DNA of 64,000 bases from an uncultured Saprospiraceae bacterium. GTDB taxonomy: Bacteria; Bacteroidota; Bacteroidia; Chitinophagales; Saprospiraceae. Made by a program: the position numbers and the translations under genes. Of the stretch, positions 21,440-30,716 are shown piece after piece (the stretch's first letter is position 1; each line of letters opens with the position of its first letter). Where the stretch lies: contig CALLLR010000008.1 in NCBI GenBank assembly GCA_938008185.1, forward strand, positions 1,058 to 65,057, given 5' to 3'. The notes beneath the pieces are model-generated. The model was not told the DNA's origin. It did not search any database and worked only from the letters and a program-made list of their open reading frames with translations.

Positions 21440-22757
21440 GAAGGCGTAAAAAATTATCCCAATATATTTCTTTAGTCATGTTCTCGTAGTGAATGATAAA
21501 ATACCGAAACTGATACACCTGAATTTGACAAACAATCGTCAATCCAATAATCACCGACCACAGCACCGCTTTTTGTTTTATATTTTTCAATAATAAACCC
21601 AGCGGAATAAATAGCATTGGAAAATATTCTACGTATACTCTGGAAGAAAAACTCCCTCCGTACCACCAATTCCACCAGGAAGATAAAAAATAGGTTAGCA
21701 GAAAAAAGAAGATCGTAAATGACCAGAATTGATAGCGGTTATTTTTAAATAAATAATAAAGTCCAAAAAGAGAAACAAACGCCAAAGGGGTATATAAAAA
21801 GAGTCCTTTTTTATAACTAAATAAAATATCCAGAATATGCGGGTCGCTAAAATTAAAACCTTCTTCCGCGTAGGAATAAATAAAAAAATGACCCGTCTGT
21901 ATTTTATAAATAATCAGCTGAATCGACACTACTCCTAAAAATAGAAACAGACAAGGAAATATAATTTTGGGACTCGTAAAAAGCGCCACCGTGGCCTTTT
22001 TAAATCGCTCAAATTCAAAAGCCAGAAAAGGCGTTGCCAAAAGAATCAACCCATTAAGCGACCGAATTAAAATGATCATTCCCAGCAAGAAGGATAAGAG
22101 AAAAAATAATCTTTTATTGACCTGAACTATCTTTCCTTTCTCACTAAATCCCCGAAACAAAACCATCGAATAATACATAAACATCGCGATTAACCCAAAA
22201 GAATAAACATGCGACATTCCGGGATCTAGCACCGTATAGACAAAAACATTGGTACCAAACGTCACGGCAAAAAACAGGAGCGTTGTTTGAGTCTTCGAGA
22301 CCTCAAAAAAAGTCAAAATTCTGCCAAAGAAAAACAAACCTAACAATAAATAAGCAACAGCTCCAATATTGATCCAGATCGGATAATATTTTGAGTATCC
22401 ATCCAACGGCTGATCAGCCAGCCAGGAATGTAGATGAGCGATAAAGAAAAAAGGTAACTGGGCAACCGCCGTTCCGCAATAATATTTATTGATAAACTTT
22501 CCTTCTATTCTTTGACGATAATCGTAATATAAATTAGGATAAGCGGACTGCTTTTCTATTTGCTCAAAAAAACCAAAATTTAAATCCTGGTAGATAAAAA
22601 CAGCCGGAAGGTAAGCATAATATCCCTTCGCATCAGATTCAATTATTCGCTGATATTTGTCTTTACCCCAATGAATATTGTTGGCAACTGCGAGAAGAAA
22701 AATACCGAGCAAAAAAAGACGATATTTATGAAAAAGTATTGTTAATTTTAGGTGCAT
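21429..22757 (-). CDS. Polytopic membrane protein, probably a lipid-linked-sugar-dependent glycosyltransferase (GT-C-like)
   Basis: More than 10 predicted TM helices. It is convergent with the GT2 gene, and the 3' ends overlap by 11 nt. Confidence 0.5.
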   Translation of the reverse strand: MHLKLTILFHKYRLFLLGIFLLAVANNIHWGKDKYQRIIESDAKGYYAYLPAVFIYQDLNFGFFEQIEKQSAYPNLYYDYRQRIEGKFINKYYCGTAVAQLPFFFIAHLHSWLADQPLDGYSKYYPIWINIGAVAYLLLGLFFFGRILTFFEVSKTQTTLLFFAVTFGTNVFVYTVLDPGMSHVYSFGLIAMFMYYSMVLFRGFSEKGKIVQVNKRLFFLLSFLLGMIILIRSLNGLILLATPFLAFEFERFKKATVALFTSPKIIFPCLFLFLGVVSIQLIIYKIQTGHFFIYSYAEEGFNFSDPHILDILFSYKKGLFLYTPLAFVSLFGLYYLFKNNRYQFWSFTIFFFLLTYFLSSWWNWWYGGSFSSRVYVEYFPMLFIPLGLLLKNIKQKAVLWSVIIGLTIVCQIQVYQFRYFIIHYENMTKEIYWDNFLRLPNF

Positions 22758-22818
22758 TTATTATTTTGTGAAGCCTTTTTTGATCTTAAGTTCTTGCCAA
22801 AATTAAAAAAAAAAGAAC

Positions 22819-23454
22819 TTATAATAAAAACACCTTCACCATCAGCACTATTCCAAATACAACCAAGGCTGCACCACTTACCATCCGCAAAATATAAATA
22901 TGGTGATCGGTCATATAGCGGCGAATATACTTTGCCAAGGCGACCTTAAGCGTATCCGTTAAAATAATCGTCAACATCACACCGATAAAAAACAGAGAAG
23001 CGTAATCAGTGGAATAGTCTTCTCCCAGCACAATCAAACTCATCACACTAAGCCAGAAGAAAAAAGTAAATGGATTGATCGTATTAATCAAAAAACCTTT
23101 AGCCCACAGCCCCAAATAGGTTCTCGCCCCAATCTCGAGACGTTCTTCACTAATAGCTGGTAATGGTTTCGACTTGGTCAACATCATTCCTACACCCAAT
23201 CCAATCAAAATAAAACCACCGACCGATCCAAAAATCGCCTTAAAACCAGACCATTCGGTTACTGTGACCAAAAAAGAAGCAGCAAAAAATACAGTCAAGA
23301 TAAATATCAAATCACTGATCCAGATACCCAGCCCGACCATCAGTCCAGCCCGCATTCCCCGCTCTACCCCCGCTTGTATGAGCGCAAAAAAAATCGGCCC
23401 CAGCATGATGGCAAGTATGAGTCCGGTTTGTATACCTTGAAGTAGAGGAAGCAT
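22819..23454 (-). CDS. LysE-family amino-acid exporter
   Basis: 211 aa, six TM helices, N-terminus GxxLAxxLGPIFFALIQ typical of LysE/RhtB. Confidence 0.8.
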   Translation of the reverse strand: MLPLLQGIQTGLILAIMLGPIFFALIQAGVERGMRAGLMVGLGIWISDLIFILTVFFAASFLVTVTEWSGFKAIFGSVGGFILIGLGVGMMLTKSKPLPAISEERLEIGARTYLGLWAKGFLINTINPFTFFFWLSVMSLIVLGEDYSTDYASLFFIGVMLTIILTDTLKVALAKYIRRYMTDHHIYILRMVSGAALVVFGIVLMVKVFLL

Positions 23455-23686
23455 TTTAAGGTGATCTTTTATTTTGAATACATTATAATCTAAAAATAAA
23501 CCTTCAAAAGATAAATTGATTTAGTCTACCGTGCATTGGAGTTAAAAAACAAAGTTACGTCCTTTATCATTAGAATGACCTGCCGTTCAATAAACTTAGC
23601 AACAACTTTGACGCTGACATAACAAATTTATTCCCTGTCATTGTTCACCATTACGGTCTACATGGCAGACTTATAGCTGGCAAAAA

Positions 23687-23725
23687 GCCAGATTGAAACG
23701 AATCAACCTGGCTTTATTATTTTTT
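23687..23725 (-). terminator. Bidirectional intrinsic terminator after the 23798..24793 gene
   Basis: gccagattga-aacgaa-tcaacctggc, flanked by an A-run (23682-23686) and a T-run (23713-23725). Confidence 0.5.
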
Positions 23726-23797
23726 AATATTTTAAAACAACAACCAATCGAAAATTATTGCTGATCCGTTGCGCTGCTCATTTGACGATCACTCATC

Positions 23798-24793
23798 CTA
23801 ATATCCTTTCAGCAAATATCGGATCCCGTCCGCCTCAAAAGCACTTAAGGTACGCTTGGGCGTCAAATAAAGATAAAGAGTACCTCCCCTTTCCAATGCA
23901 AATTCAATCTGGTATCGCTCTCCATCGGGTACAGCTGTTTCGTCCTCCCGCTCCGTCATCTTACTGACCTCATATTCGGTTACTACATCTTCGGTAGTTC
24001 CATCTTCGTACATCAAAATGGAACGCACTTTCACTACGCGTCTTTCTTTCAGTTTTATGCCCGCTTCTTTCAGTTCATCCTCATCCATCATCAACGCTTC
24101 GGCAATCGTTGGCAAAGGTACTTCTTCTGCTGCTTCCTCGTTTTTCTTTCTCTTCTTCTTTTTTCTTTTATCGATGATTTTCACCGTTTGAATAAACTTG
24201 ATACTCGTACTGTCTTCAAAATGTAATCGCTCTTGCACACCCCGCTGCGCCTCGTGAATTCTAAAAAATGGACGGATGGTCATTCCCCAGATACTGTCTT
24301 TATCTTCCAGTTCCTCCTCCCAACGACCCGAAAAAAATGCGTCCTCTTCGTTGCGCTGTGCTTCTGGCATCTGCGCTTGATAAAAGATGAGTTCCTGCTC
24401 GTTGGTCGTTCGTTTAAAAATTAAGGCATCTACCTGCGCCCGATTATTCAGCACCACCTTGAGATGTCCCTGAATCGTTGAATTACGGGCATTCATTAAC
24501 AAGAGCTTGTATCCATAATCGGTCGTATTGATATTATTGATACTATAAACACCCTCGATACCCTCTCCTTTCACAAAAAGATTGGATTGGGTAACGCCAA
24601 AAGAATATTCTCCCGGGCTCAACTCTTCCTGAGACGATCCCTTTATTTCCATAATTCCAGGAACAAAATCATATCCCACCAAATCCGTTGGATCTTTAAA
24701 CTTCCGGTCAGAAATATAGGAGTAATCCTCCTGGGCCATCCCCGAAAAACTAGCGGAGAGAAAAATAATAAAAAGTAAATTTCTAAACATCAT
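23798..24793 (-). CDS. Secreted hypothetical protein
   Basis: Signal peptide MMFRNLLFIIFLSASFSGMAQ and an internal Lys-rich stretch KRKKKKRKKNEE. Confidence 0.5.
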   Translation of the reverse strand: MMFRNLLFIIFLSASFSGMAQEDYSYISDRKFKDPTDLVGYDFVPGIMEIKGSSQEELSPGEYSFGVTQSNLFVKGEGIEGVYSINNINTTDYGYKLLLMNARNSTIQGHLKVVLNNRAQVDALIFKRTTNEQELIFYQAQMPEAQRNEEDAFFSGRWEEELEDKDSIWGMTIRPFFRIHEAQRGVQERLHFEDSTSIKFIQTVKIIDKRKKKKRKKNEEAAEEVPLPTIAEALMMDEDELKEAGIKLKERRVVKVRSILMYEDGTTEDVVTEYEVSKMTEREDETAVPDGERYQIEFALERGGTLYLYLTPKRTLSAFEADGIRYLLKGY

Positions 24794-25002
24794 GTATCAG
24801 TTTTCAAAGAAGTTTTTTCCTAAATAACTTCTATTGGTAAATAGTGTTTCAATAAAGACAAAAGGCTTGCCGATTCATTTTCTTTTATTCAAAACTACCC
24901 TTTCAGACGTATTCATACCCGCAAAAGGAACTATTTTAGGATAGTTTTATTATTTCTATAACTTTTGGCGCGGTTGCAGTAGGGCCGCATTGCAATACGC
25001 CC

Positions 25003-26694
25003 CTACTGCTGCACCGCCTTGTGTACCACCTTCAGCACCTCCTTTTCCAACTTATCTGCCCGCTTCGTCATGGCCAGTCCATCTTTTACTACTTTTTTCG
25101 CGAAGGCCTTATCTTTCAGACCTCCTACATTGATCTTTACGTTAAGGTACGCACCATGGACAGCGGCCCGAGCACAAAGTGCCCCTACTCCCGCGTCGGA
25201 GATAGAATTAGGATTGCCACTTTTGGCCATTGCTTCCATCAATTCAAAAGAGGCCAGAGATTGCTTCATGACGGCCAGCGGAATCTCAATGGCCCGGCGG
25301 GTAGCCGCTTCGATTGCTGCAGTTCGGGATTCTTTTTCGGCTTTAGAAGACTTTGGTAATCGGAACGCTTCCATGATTCCATTAAAAGCATTGGTATCTT
25401 CGTCTACTAGTTTCAGCAGTTGATCTTTCTGCTGTTGTCCCTTTGCCGCCCAGTCCGAAAACTCCTCCCATCGATCATCCCAACCTCTTTTATGAGCCGA
25501 TAAATTTGCTACCATGGTACCCAACGAAACACCTAAGACCCCTACGTACGCAGCAATTGAACCACCGCCCGGAGCGGGACTTTCCGATGCTGTTTCATCC
25601 GCAAAACCTTTTAAGGTACTATGCACCAGTGGCCTATCCGTGATATCTTCTAATTGGTATTCGATGATTTTTTTTCTAGGATCGAAATCACCCAACTCAT
25701 CCAATCCCAACGATTTGACGGCAATCTTAATCAGTTCCCCCTCAGAGACGCCAATGGAACGTTTTTGTTGTTTTAAAAAATATTTACCGGTATCCAGCAT
25801 CACCTCTAATGGTACCAGCCCAACCAATTCCGATCCCGTAATTCTCAATCCTCTTTTGTTGGCACTTTTACGGCAAGCTTCAAACGCTACGTGCAGCGGG
25901 GTGACCCGAATATTAGTAAGATTCATGGAAATTTGCGCAACTCCGTATTCTTCAATAAACCAGCCGATCGCCTTGACGCCCTTACAGGCACCCGGCACCC
26001 GTTTGGGATTGCCTTTCCGATTTTTGACAATGGCCCCGGTCACCTTATTTCCAATTCTTTTTACGCGACCATTTTCGCGAACATCAAAGGCTACAGAATT
26101 CGCCCGACGAACGGAGGTAGTATTCAGGTTTATGTTATAGGCGATCAAAAAATCTCTGGCACCAATCGCCGTGGCTCCCGAACGCTCATTAAACTGCGTT
26201 GGTCCATAATCTGGTTTCCAGTTAGGATCTTTTAACTTTTGGGGTAAGCCCTCGTATTCTCCCGAACGTACTGTCGCCAAATTACGACGCTCCGGTCGGG
26301 TAGCTGCCGACTCGTACATATAAACAGGAATATTCAAATCCGCACCAACCCGCTTGGCCAGTTTATGGGCATACTTTGCCGTTTCGTCCATCGTGATATT
26401 GGCAATGGGAATCAGCGGACAAACATCTGTGGCCCCCATGCGAGGATGTTCGCCCTGATGCTGAGTCATGTCAATTAGTTCACCTGCTTTTTTGATGGCC
26501 AGATAGGCCGCTTCAATAACCGGTTGTGGTTCGCCCACAAAAGTGACTACCGTACGATTGGTAGCTTTACCGGGATCAACGTCTAGGAGTTTAACGCCTT
26601 TTACTTTTTGAATCTCATCCGTAATTTTTTTAATTACTTCCGGATTTAATCCGTCACTAAAATTGGGAACACATTCGATAAGTTGTTTGGACAT
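25003..26694 (-). CDS. Bifunctional glutamate formimidoyltransferase / formimidoyltetrahydrofolate cyclodeaminase
   Basis: MSKQLIECVPNFSDG... is the canonical formiminotransferase N-terminus, and the C-terminal ~200 aa are cyclodeaminase-like. The start is taken at the internal ATG 26694 rather than the ORF start at 26766. Confidence 0.85.
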   Translation of the reverse strand: MSKQLIECVPNFSDGLNPEVIKKITDEIQKVKGVKLLDVDPGKATNRTVVTFVGEPQPVIEAAYLAIKKAGELIDMTQHQGEHPRMGATDVCPLIPIANITMDETAKYAHKLAKRVGADLNIPVYMYESAATRPERRNLATVRSGEYEGLPQKLKDPNWKPDYGPTQFNERSGATAIGARDFLIAYNINLNTTSVRRANSVAFDVRENGRVKRIGNKVTGAIVKNRKGNPKRVPGACKGVKAIGWFIEEYGVAQISMNLTNIRVTPLHVAFEACRKSANKRGLRITGSELVGLVPLEVMLDTGKYFLKQQKRSIGVSEGELIKIAVKSLGLDELGDFDPRKKIIEYQLEDITDRPLVHSTLKGFADETASESPAPGGGSIAAYVGVLGVSLGTMVANLSAHKRGWDDRWEEFSDWAAKGQQQKDQLLKLVDEDTNAFNGIMEAFRLPKSSKAEKESRTAAIEAATRRAIEIPLAVMKQSLASFELMEAMAKSGNPNSISDAGVGALCARAAVHGAYLNVKINVGGLKDKAFAKKVVKDGLAMTKRADKLEKEVLKVVHKAVQQ

Positions 26695-26921
26695 GAGTTG
26701 TTGAGTTTTGAGTTTAACGTCGTATCTGAACGATATCAAGGCTTTCTGCCAAGGCAAACTGTTCAAATCAGCAATTTTTACGTTAAGGAGAAAATTGAAG
26801 TTGTGATTGTCATAGCAATTTTTTACGCTATTTAGAACAAATTTAGATAAAAAAGAAGAAACCGGTGCTTGTCCGGATATTTATATTAGTGTAACTTTAT
26901 TAGGAATCAAAACCGTCAATC

Positions 26922-27386
26922 ATGAAATTCATTTTATTTTGTTTTGCCTTGTTTTTGTTTGGTTGGTCCAGCACTTGTACCATCAACCGCCAGGCGGGTT
27001 ATCCTTTCTCGGAGCCGGACTTACATTATCCAGCAAAGGTGGATTTGACCATAAATATCCTTGACACCGACGATCAAAGAAAGCCTAAGTTGACCGAACA
27101 GCAGATTCGCGGGAAAAAATTATTTCGGAAAAATTGCGCAAGTTGTCATCGCCGGAACATGGTAGATGACATGACCGGACCAGCCTTACGAGGGGTTACC
27201 GAACGATGGGCAGGAAGAGAAGAATTGCTTTACGATTGGATCAAAAATTCTCAGGCGGTAATCGCTAGTGGTGATCCGTACGCCGTTGCGTTGTACAAAA
27301 CATGGGACAATAGCGAAATGAATGCTTTTCCGAAATTGACGGATGAGGATATTGTGGATTTGTTGAGTTATATTGAAAGAAAGTAG
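26922..27386 (+). CDS. c-type cytochrome (class I)
   Basis: Signal peptide plus the haem-binding CASCH motif. Confidence 0.8.
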   Translation: MKFILFCFALFLFGWSSTCTINRQAGYPFSEPDLHYPAKVDLTINILDTDDQRKPKLTEQQIRGKKLFRKNCASCHRRNMVDDMTGPALRGVTERWAGREELLYDWIKNSQAVIASGDPYAVALYKTWDNSEMNAFPKLTDEDIVDLLSYIERK

Positions 27387-27438
27387 TCTTACAATAAAGT
27401 AGCGGGGAAAATACGTTTAGAAGTTGGTATTTTAGGTT

Positions 27439-27446
27439 TAAATTTG
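27439..27446 (+). promoter_or_regulatory. Bacteroidota -7 promoter box (TAnnTTTG)
   Basis: taaatttg lies 40 nt upstream of ATG 27486. Confidence 0.35.
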
Positions 27447-27485
27447 TTTCCTGCTGTGCTGTTCAAAACATAAATTTTCTAATAG

Positions 27486-28781
27486 ATGCAATATATACTT
27501 ACGCTGAGCTGTCTCCTGATTTTCCAATCAGCCCTTTTTTCCCAACACAAGAAAAACATCGACTGGTACGAACTTGATGTCCACCACGGCAAATTGTTTC
27601 AGCCTAATACCATTGAGCCCTACAGCGGGACTGCCTACGAGAAGTTCGGTGACGGGAGCAAAGCAAAAAAAGTCCCTATCAAAAATGGAAAAGTCGACGG
27701 CAAGGTAGAAGAATGGGCCATGAATGGTAAAAAAATTGCTGAGCTAAACTACGTAATGGGAACGCCGCAAGGGATGGAAAAAAGATGGTACGAATCCGGA
27801 AAGAAAAAACTGGAAGCTACTTACGTCAATGGTATTGTAGATGGCGTAGTTACCGAATGGTACGAAAACGGAATTAAGCAATCCGAAGGTTATTTTAATC
27901 AAGCTATTGAGGAAGGGGATCATTACTGGTGGTTTAATAATGGCGCTAAAGAGCGACTGATTCCTTATAAAAATGGTAAAGCCAATGGACTGGTCAAAAA
28001 TTGGCATTTTAACGGAAATAAACGATTAGAAGGTATTTTTAAAGACGGAATGGAAAATGGTGATTTTACCGAATGGCACATCAACGGCGAGGTCTCCATT
28101 ACGGGTACCTACGCCATGGGAAAAAAGAATGGCGTTTTTAAAACCTATTCTAAAAAAGGAATTTTACTACAGGAGCAAACCTACGACCAGGGAACGCTCA
28201 CCAAAGACCTTAATTACCGCAGCGGAAATATTAACTGGTCTGGCGGCTATACTCAGGTTTTTAATGGAAAAGAAAGCTTTTACAGCGTAGATATTGGCGG
28301 GACCGACGTTTATCCCCGCGAGTCTACCCAGGATATTATTTACGTAGTGGATCGCTATTTTTTGCAATTATTAAACACGCCCATTGATTTATTTCAGAAA
28401 ACTGACTTATCGCCAAAAGATGATTCCGAAATTCTAAAAAAATTCGTATCTTTTGAGTCTGAATATATAGAAGAAAAATCGGGAAAAAAGATTGAGGTGA
28501 TTTCCAAATCAGGGGTTACATCCAAAGGAATACCATATATACACTGGCATTTTAAACCAACGCCAAAAGAAAATACCCCCGTCACCCCCAGAACAGTCAA
28601 AGAGGAACACTATATTTCGTTATTATGCAACCAGGAGATTTTGAGTCTTTATGGTCTGGTAACACAAGTTAATGATCCGGCAGCAGTTCAACAGATGATG
28701 ATGAAAATTGCCAATACTGTAAAAATTGCCGAAGAACGGATTGAACTAAATGCACTTAATCGGCAATTACATAATCGTTGA
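27486..28781 (+). CDS. Secreted MORN-variant / YwqK-like repeat protein with an unknown C-terminal domain
   Basis: Repeats of GxxxGxxxEWYENGxKxxEGxY type occur about 8 times in the N-terminal half. Confidence 0.65.
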   Translation: MQYILTLSCLLIFQSALFSQHKKNIDWYELDVHHGKLFQPNTIEPYSGTAYEKFGDGSKAKKVPIKNGKVDGKVEEWAMNGKKIAELNYVMGTPQGMEKRWYESGKKKLEATYVNGIVDGVVTEWYENGIKQSEGYFNQAIEEGDHYWWFNNGAKERLIPYKNGKANGLVKNWHFNGNKRLEGIFKDGMENGDFTEWHINGEVSITGTYAMGKKNGVFKTYSKKGILLQEQTYDQGTLTKDLNYRSGNINWSGGYTQVFNGKESFYSVDIGGTDVYPRESTQDIIYVVDRYFLQLLNTPIDLFQKTDLSPKDDSEILKKFVSFESEYIEEKSGKKIEVISKSGVTSKGIPYIHWHFKPTPKENTPVTPRTVKEEHYISLLCNQEILSLYGLVTQVNDPAAVQQMMMKIANTVKIAEERIELNALNRQLHNR

Positions 28782-28818
28782 ATTGTTGGCGCAAGCCAAA
28801 ACATTAAAACCGTAGCTA

Positions 28819-30249
28819 ATGAAATTATTATTACCATTTAGTGTTTTAATTTTTCTTTTCTCATCTTTTTCGTTTGCCCAGACGGTCACCGTTTCGGAAG
28901 AGATTTCAATTCGTAATGATAATGCGTATGATATTATTGGAAAAATGGGTGAACGTTTTTTACTCTACGAGGAACAAACCAATAAAGTAGAAATCCAGGC
29001 ATTCGATATGCGCATGCGCCAAAGCTGGAACAAAGAGTTAAAATTTGAACACAAACGCTTTGAAGTCGTGGGACTAATTCCCAATCGTAATAGTTTTAGC
29101 ATCATCTACCATTATAAAAAGAAAAGAAAAGAATATCTTAAAGTTCAAAAGTACGACGCGGCGGCTAACATGATCGATTCCGCCACCATAATGGAATACC
29201 CTACTGCCTTTGGAGAACCCGCCCATCAAATGATTTATTCTGAAGATAAAAAAAAGGTACTCATTTATTCCATCAAAAACCAAAGTGACATCAAAGCCAT
29301 CTCCTACGATTTAATAAATAAAAGAGTATTGTGGGAAGCCAATTTTGAAATTGATGATAGTCAGTTTTTTAACGAACACATCGAGATGATTCTTAACAAC
29401 AAAGGAGTCATGTATCTGGTGATGAGTAAAAATAATCGTAAAAATAAAATTGATGAGCACCATTACCTGATCTATCGGTGTGGAAAACAGAATGAGGTCA
29501 TTGAAGCTTTTTTATTACCAATGGATAATAAGCTGACCTATAGTGTTTCTTTTGATTACGATAATCGCAATCAGGTATTAGTAGCTGGTGGTTTATACTC
29601 CGTTAAAAACAGAAGTCGAGCGGAAGGTTATTTTTCTATACACATTCCAGACTACGACTTTGGTAAATACCGGCTAAATTATAATCCTTTTGAAGATGAG
29701 CTCATCTCCGATCTGGAAGGAAAAATTATAAAGGATTTTAAAGGCCTGGAAAACGTTCGCATCCAGGACATTGTTCTTAGAAAAGATGGTGGAATGTTAT
29801 TGATGTTTGAACGCACCAAAGAATACGAACGGCGAATGGCTTCGGCGGGTCGTGGCCTGGTGGGTGCGGATGGTCTGCGATATATCGTAGATTATTATTA
29901 CGACCACGTTTTTATTGTTGCGGTTCATCCGGATGGAACACCACACTGGGATCAAATTCTACACAAAAAACAATATTCGCAGGATGATAATGCCATTTTC
30001 TCCAGCTACTTTATCTTAAAAACACCTTCGCAGCTTCGTCTTCTCTTCAACGATGATATCAAACTGGAAAGCACGGTCAGCGAATACGTAATTAATAGCA
30101 AAGGAGAATATGATCGCAATAGTGTGATGAGCACCAAAAATCAGGAAATAAAATTACGCTTTCGAGATGCCGTTCAGGTGGCATCAAATGAGGTGATCGT
30201 GCCTAGTGAAAGGCGGAATCGGCTGAAGCTCGTACGGGTTATTTTTTGA
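28819..30249 (+). CDS. Secreted hypothetical protein
   Basis: Signal peptide MKLLLPFSVLIFLFSSFSFAQ. No recognised domain. The stop codon lies inside the first copy of the 124-bp tandem repeat. Confidence 0.5.
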   Translation: MKLLLPFSVLIFLFSSFSFAQTVTVSEEISIRNDNAYDIIGKMGERFLLYEEQTNKVEIQAFDMRMRQSWNKELKFEHKRFEVVGLIPNRNSFSIIYHYKKKRKEYLKVQKYDAAANMIDSATIMEYPTAFGEPAHQMIYSEDKKKVLIYSIKNQSDIKAISYDLINKRVLWEANFEIDDSQFFNEHIEMILNNKGVMYLVMSKNNRKNKIDEHHYLIYRCGKQNEVIEAFLLPMDNKLTYSVSFDYDNRNQVLVAGGLYSVKNRSRAEGYFSIHIPDYDFGKYRLNYNPFEDELISDLEGKIIKDFKGLENVRIQDIVLRKDGGMLLMFERTKEYERRMASAGRGLVGADGLRYIVDYYYDHVFIVAVHPDGTPHWDQILHKKQYSQDDNAIFSSYFILKTPSQLRLLFNDDIKLESTVSEYVINSKGEYDRNSVMSTKNQEIKLRFRDAVQVASNEVIVPSERRNRLKLVRVIF

Positions 30250-30572
30250 CTTCGAGGTTTTTTAGATTTTCTTGAATTCCAAATTTGCTTAGTCGAACGT
30301 TCCCTTCGGTCTCTTTACTCCTGCTCAAATATGGAAGGAAAATTTAAAAATTCCTCTCAGCGAATCCTTTTGACTTCGAGGTTTTTTAGATTTTCTTGAA
30401 TTCCAGATTTGCTTAGTCGAACGCTCCCTTCGGTCTCTTTACTCCTGCTCAAATATGGAAGGAAAATTTAAAAATTCCTCTCAGCGAATCCTTTTGACTT
30501 CGAGGTTTTTTAGATTTTCTTGAATTCCAGATTTGCTTAGTCGGACGCTCCCTTCGGTCTCTTTACTCCTGT
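30244..30572. repeat. Tandem repeat, 124-bp unit, about 2.65 copies, more than 97 percent identical
   Basis: The unit ttttgacttcgaggttttttagattttcttgaattccaRatttgcttagtcgRacgYtcccttcggtctctttactcctgctcaaatatggaaggaaaatttaaaaattcctctcagcgaatcc starts at 30244, 30368 and 30492. The third copy diverges after 30571. Confidence 0.95.
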
Positions 30573-30586
30573 TCTTAAACTTCTCT

Positions 30587-30594
30587 TATCTTTG
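30587..30594 (+). promoter_or_regulatory. Possible Bacteroidota -7 box (TAnnTTTG)
   Basis: tatctttg lies just after the tandem repeat and upstream of the glycosyltransferase reading frame. Confidence 0.3.
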
Positions 30595-30716
30595 CACCAA
30601 CAATATTTCTTTGCAAACGCTCAAATCAAACCATCCAGCCTTTAAATAAAAACACTTCCTTCCCCAACTGGCTCTACCAACGCCTTTTCCCGATCCTGAT
30701 CGGCTGGGGATTCCTG

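Noticed and set aside
24973-25007. Hairpin gcagtaggg-N15-ccctactgc overlapping the FTCD stop codon
   Set aside because: On the minus (coding) strand it is not followed by a U-tract, so I cannot call it an intrinsic terminator. It may be a weak or Rho-dependent signal, or coincidental.
30331-30399. 22-codon ORF (MEGKFKNSSQRILLTSRFFRFS) present in each full tandem-repeat unit
   Set aside because: There is no supporting signal and it arises automatically from the duplication. It is kept only as a note under the repeat finding.
30244-30572. Possibility that the 124-bp repeats are a CRISPR array
   Set aside because: The units are directly abutting with no unique spacers, and the unit length is far above CRISPR repeat size. 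No cas genes are nearby.
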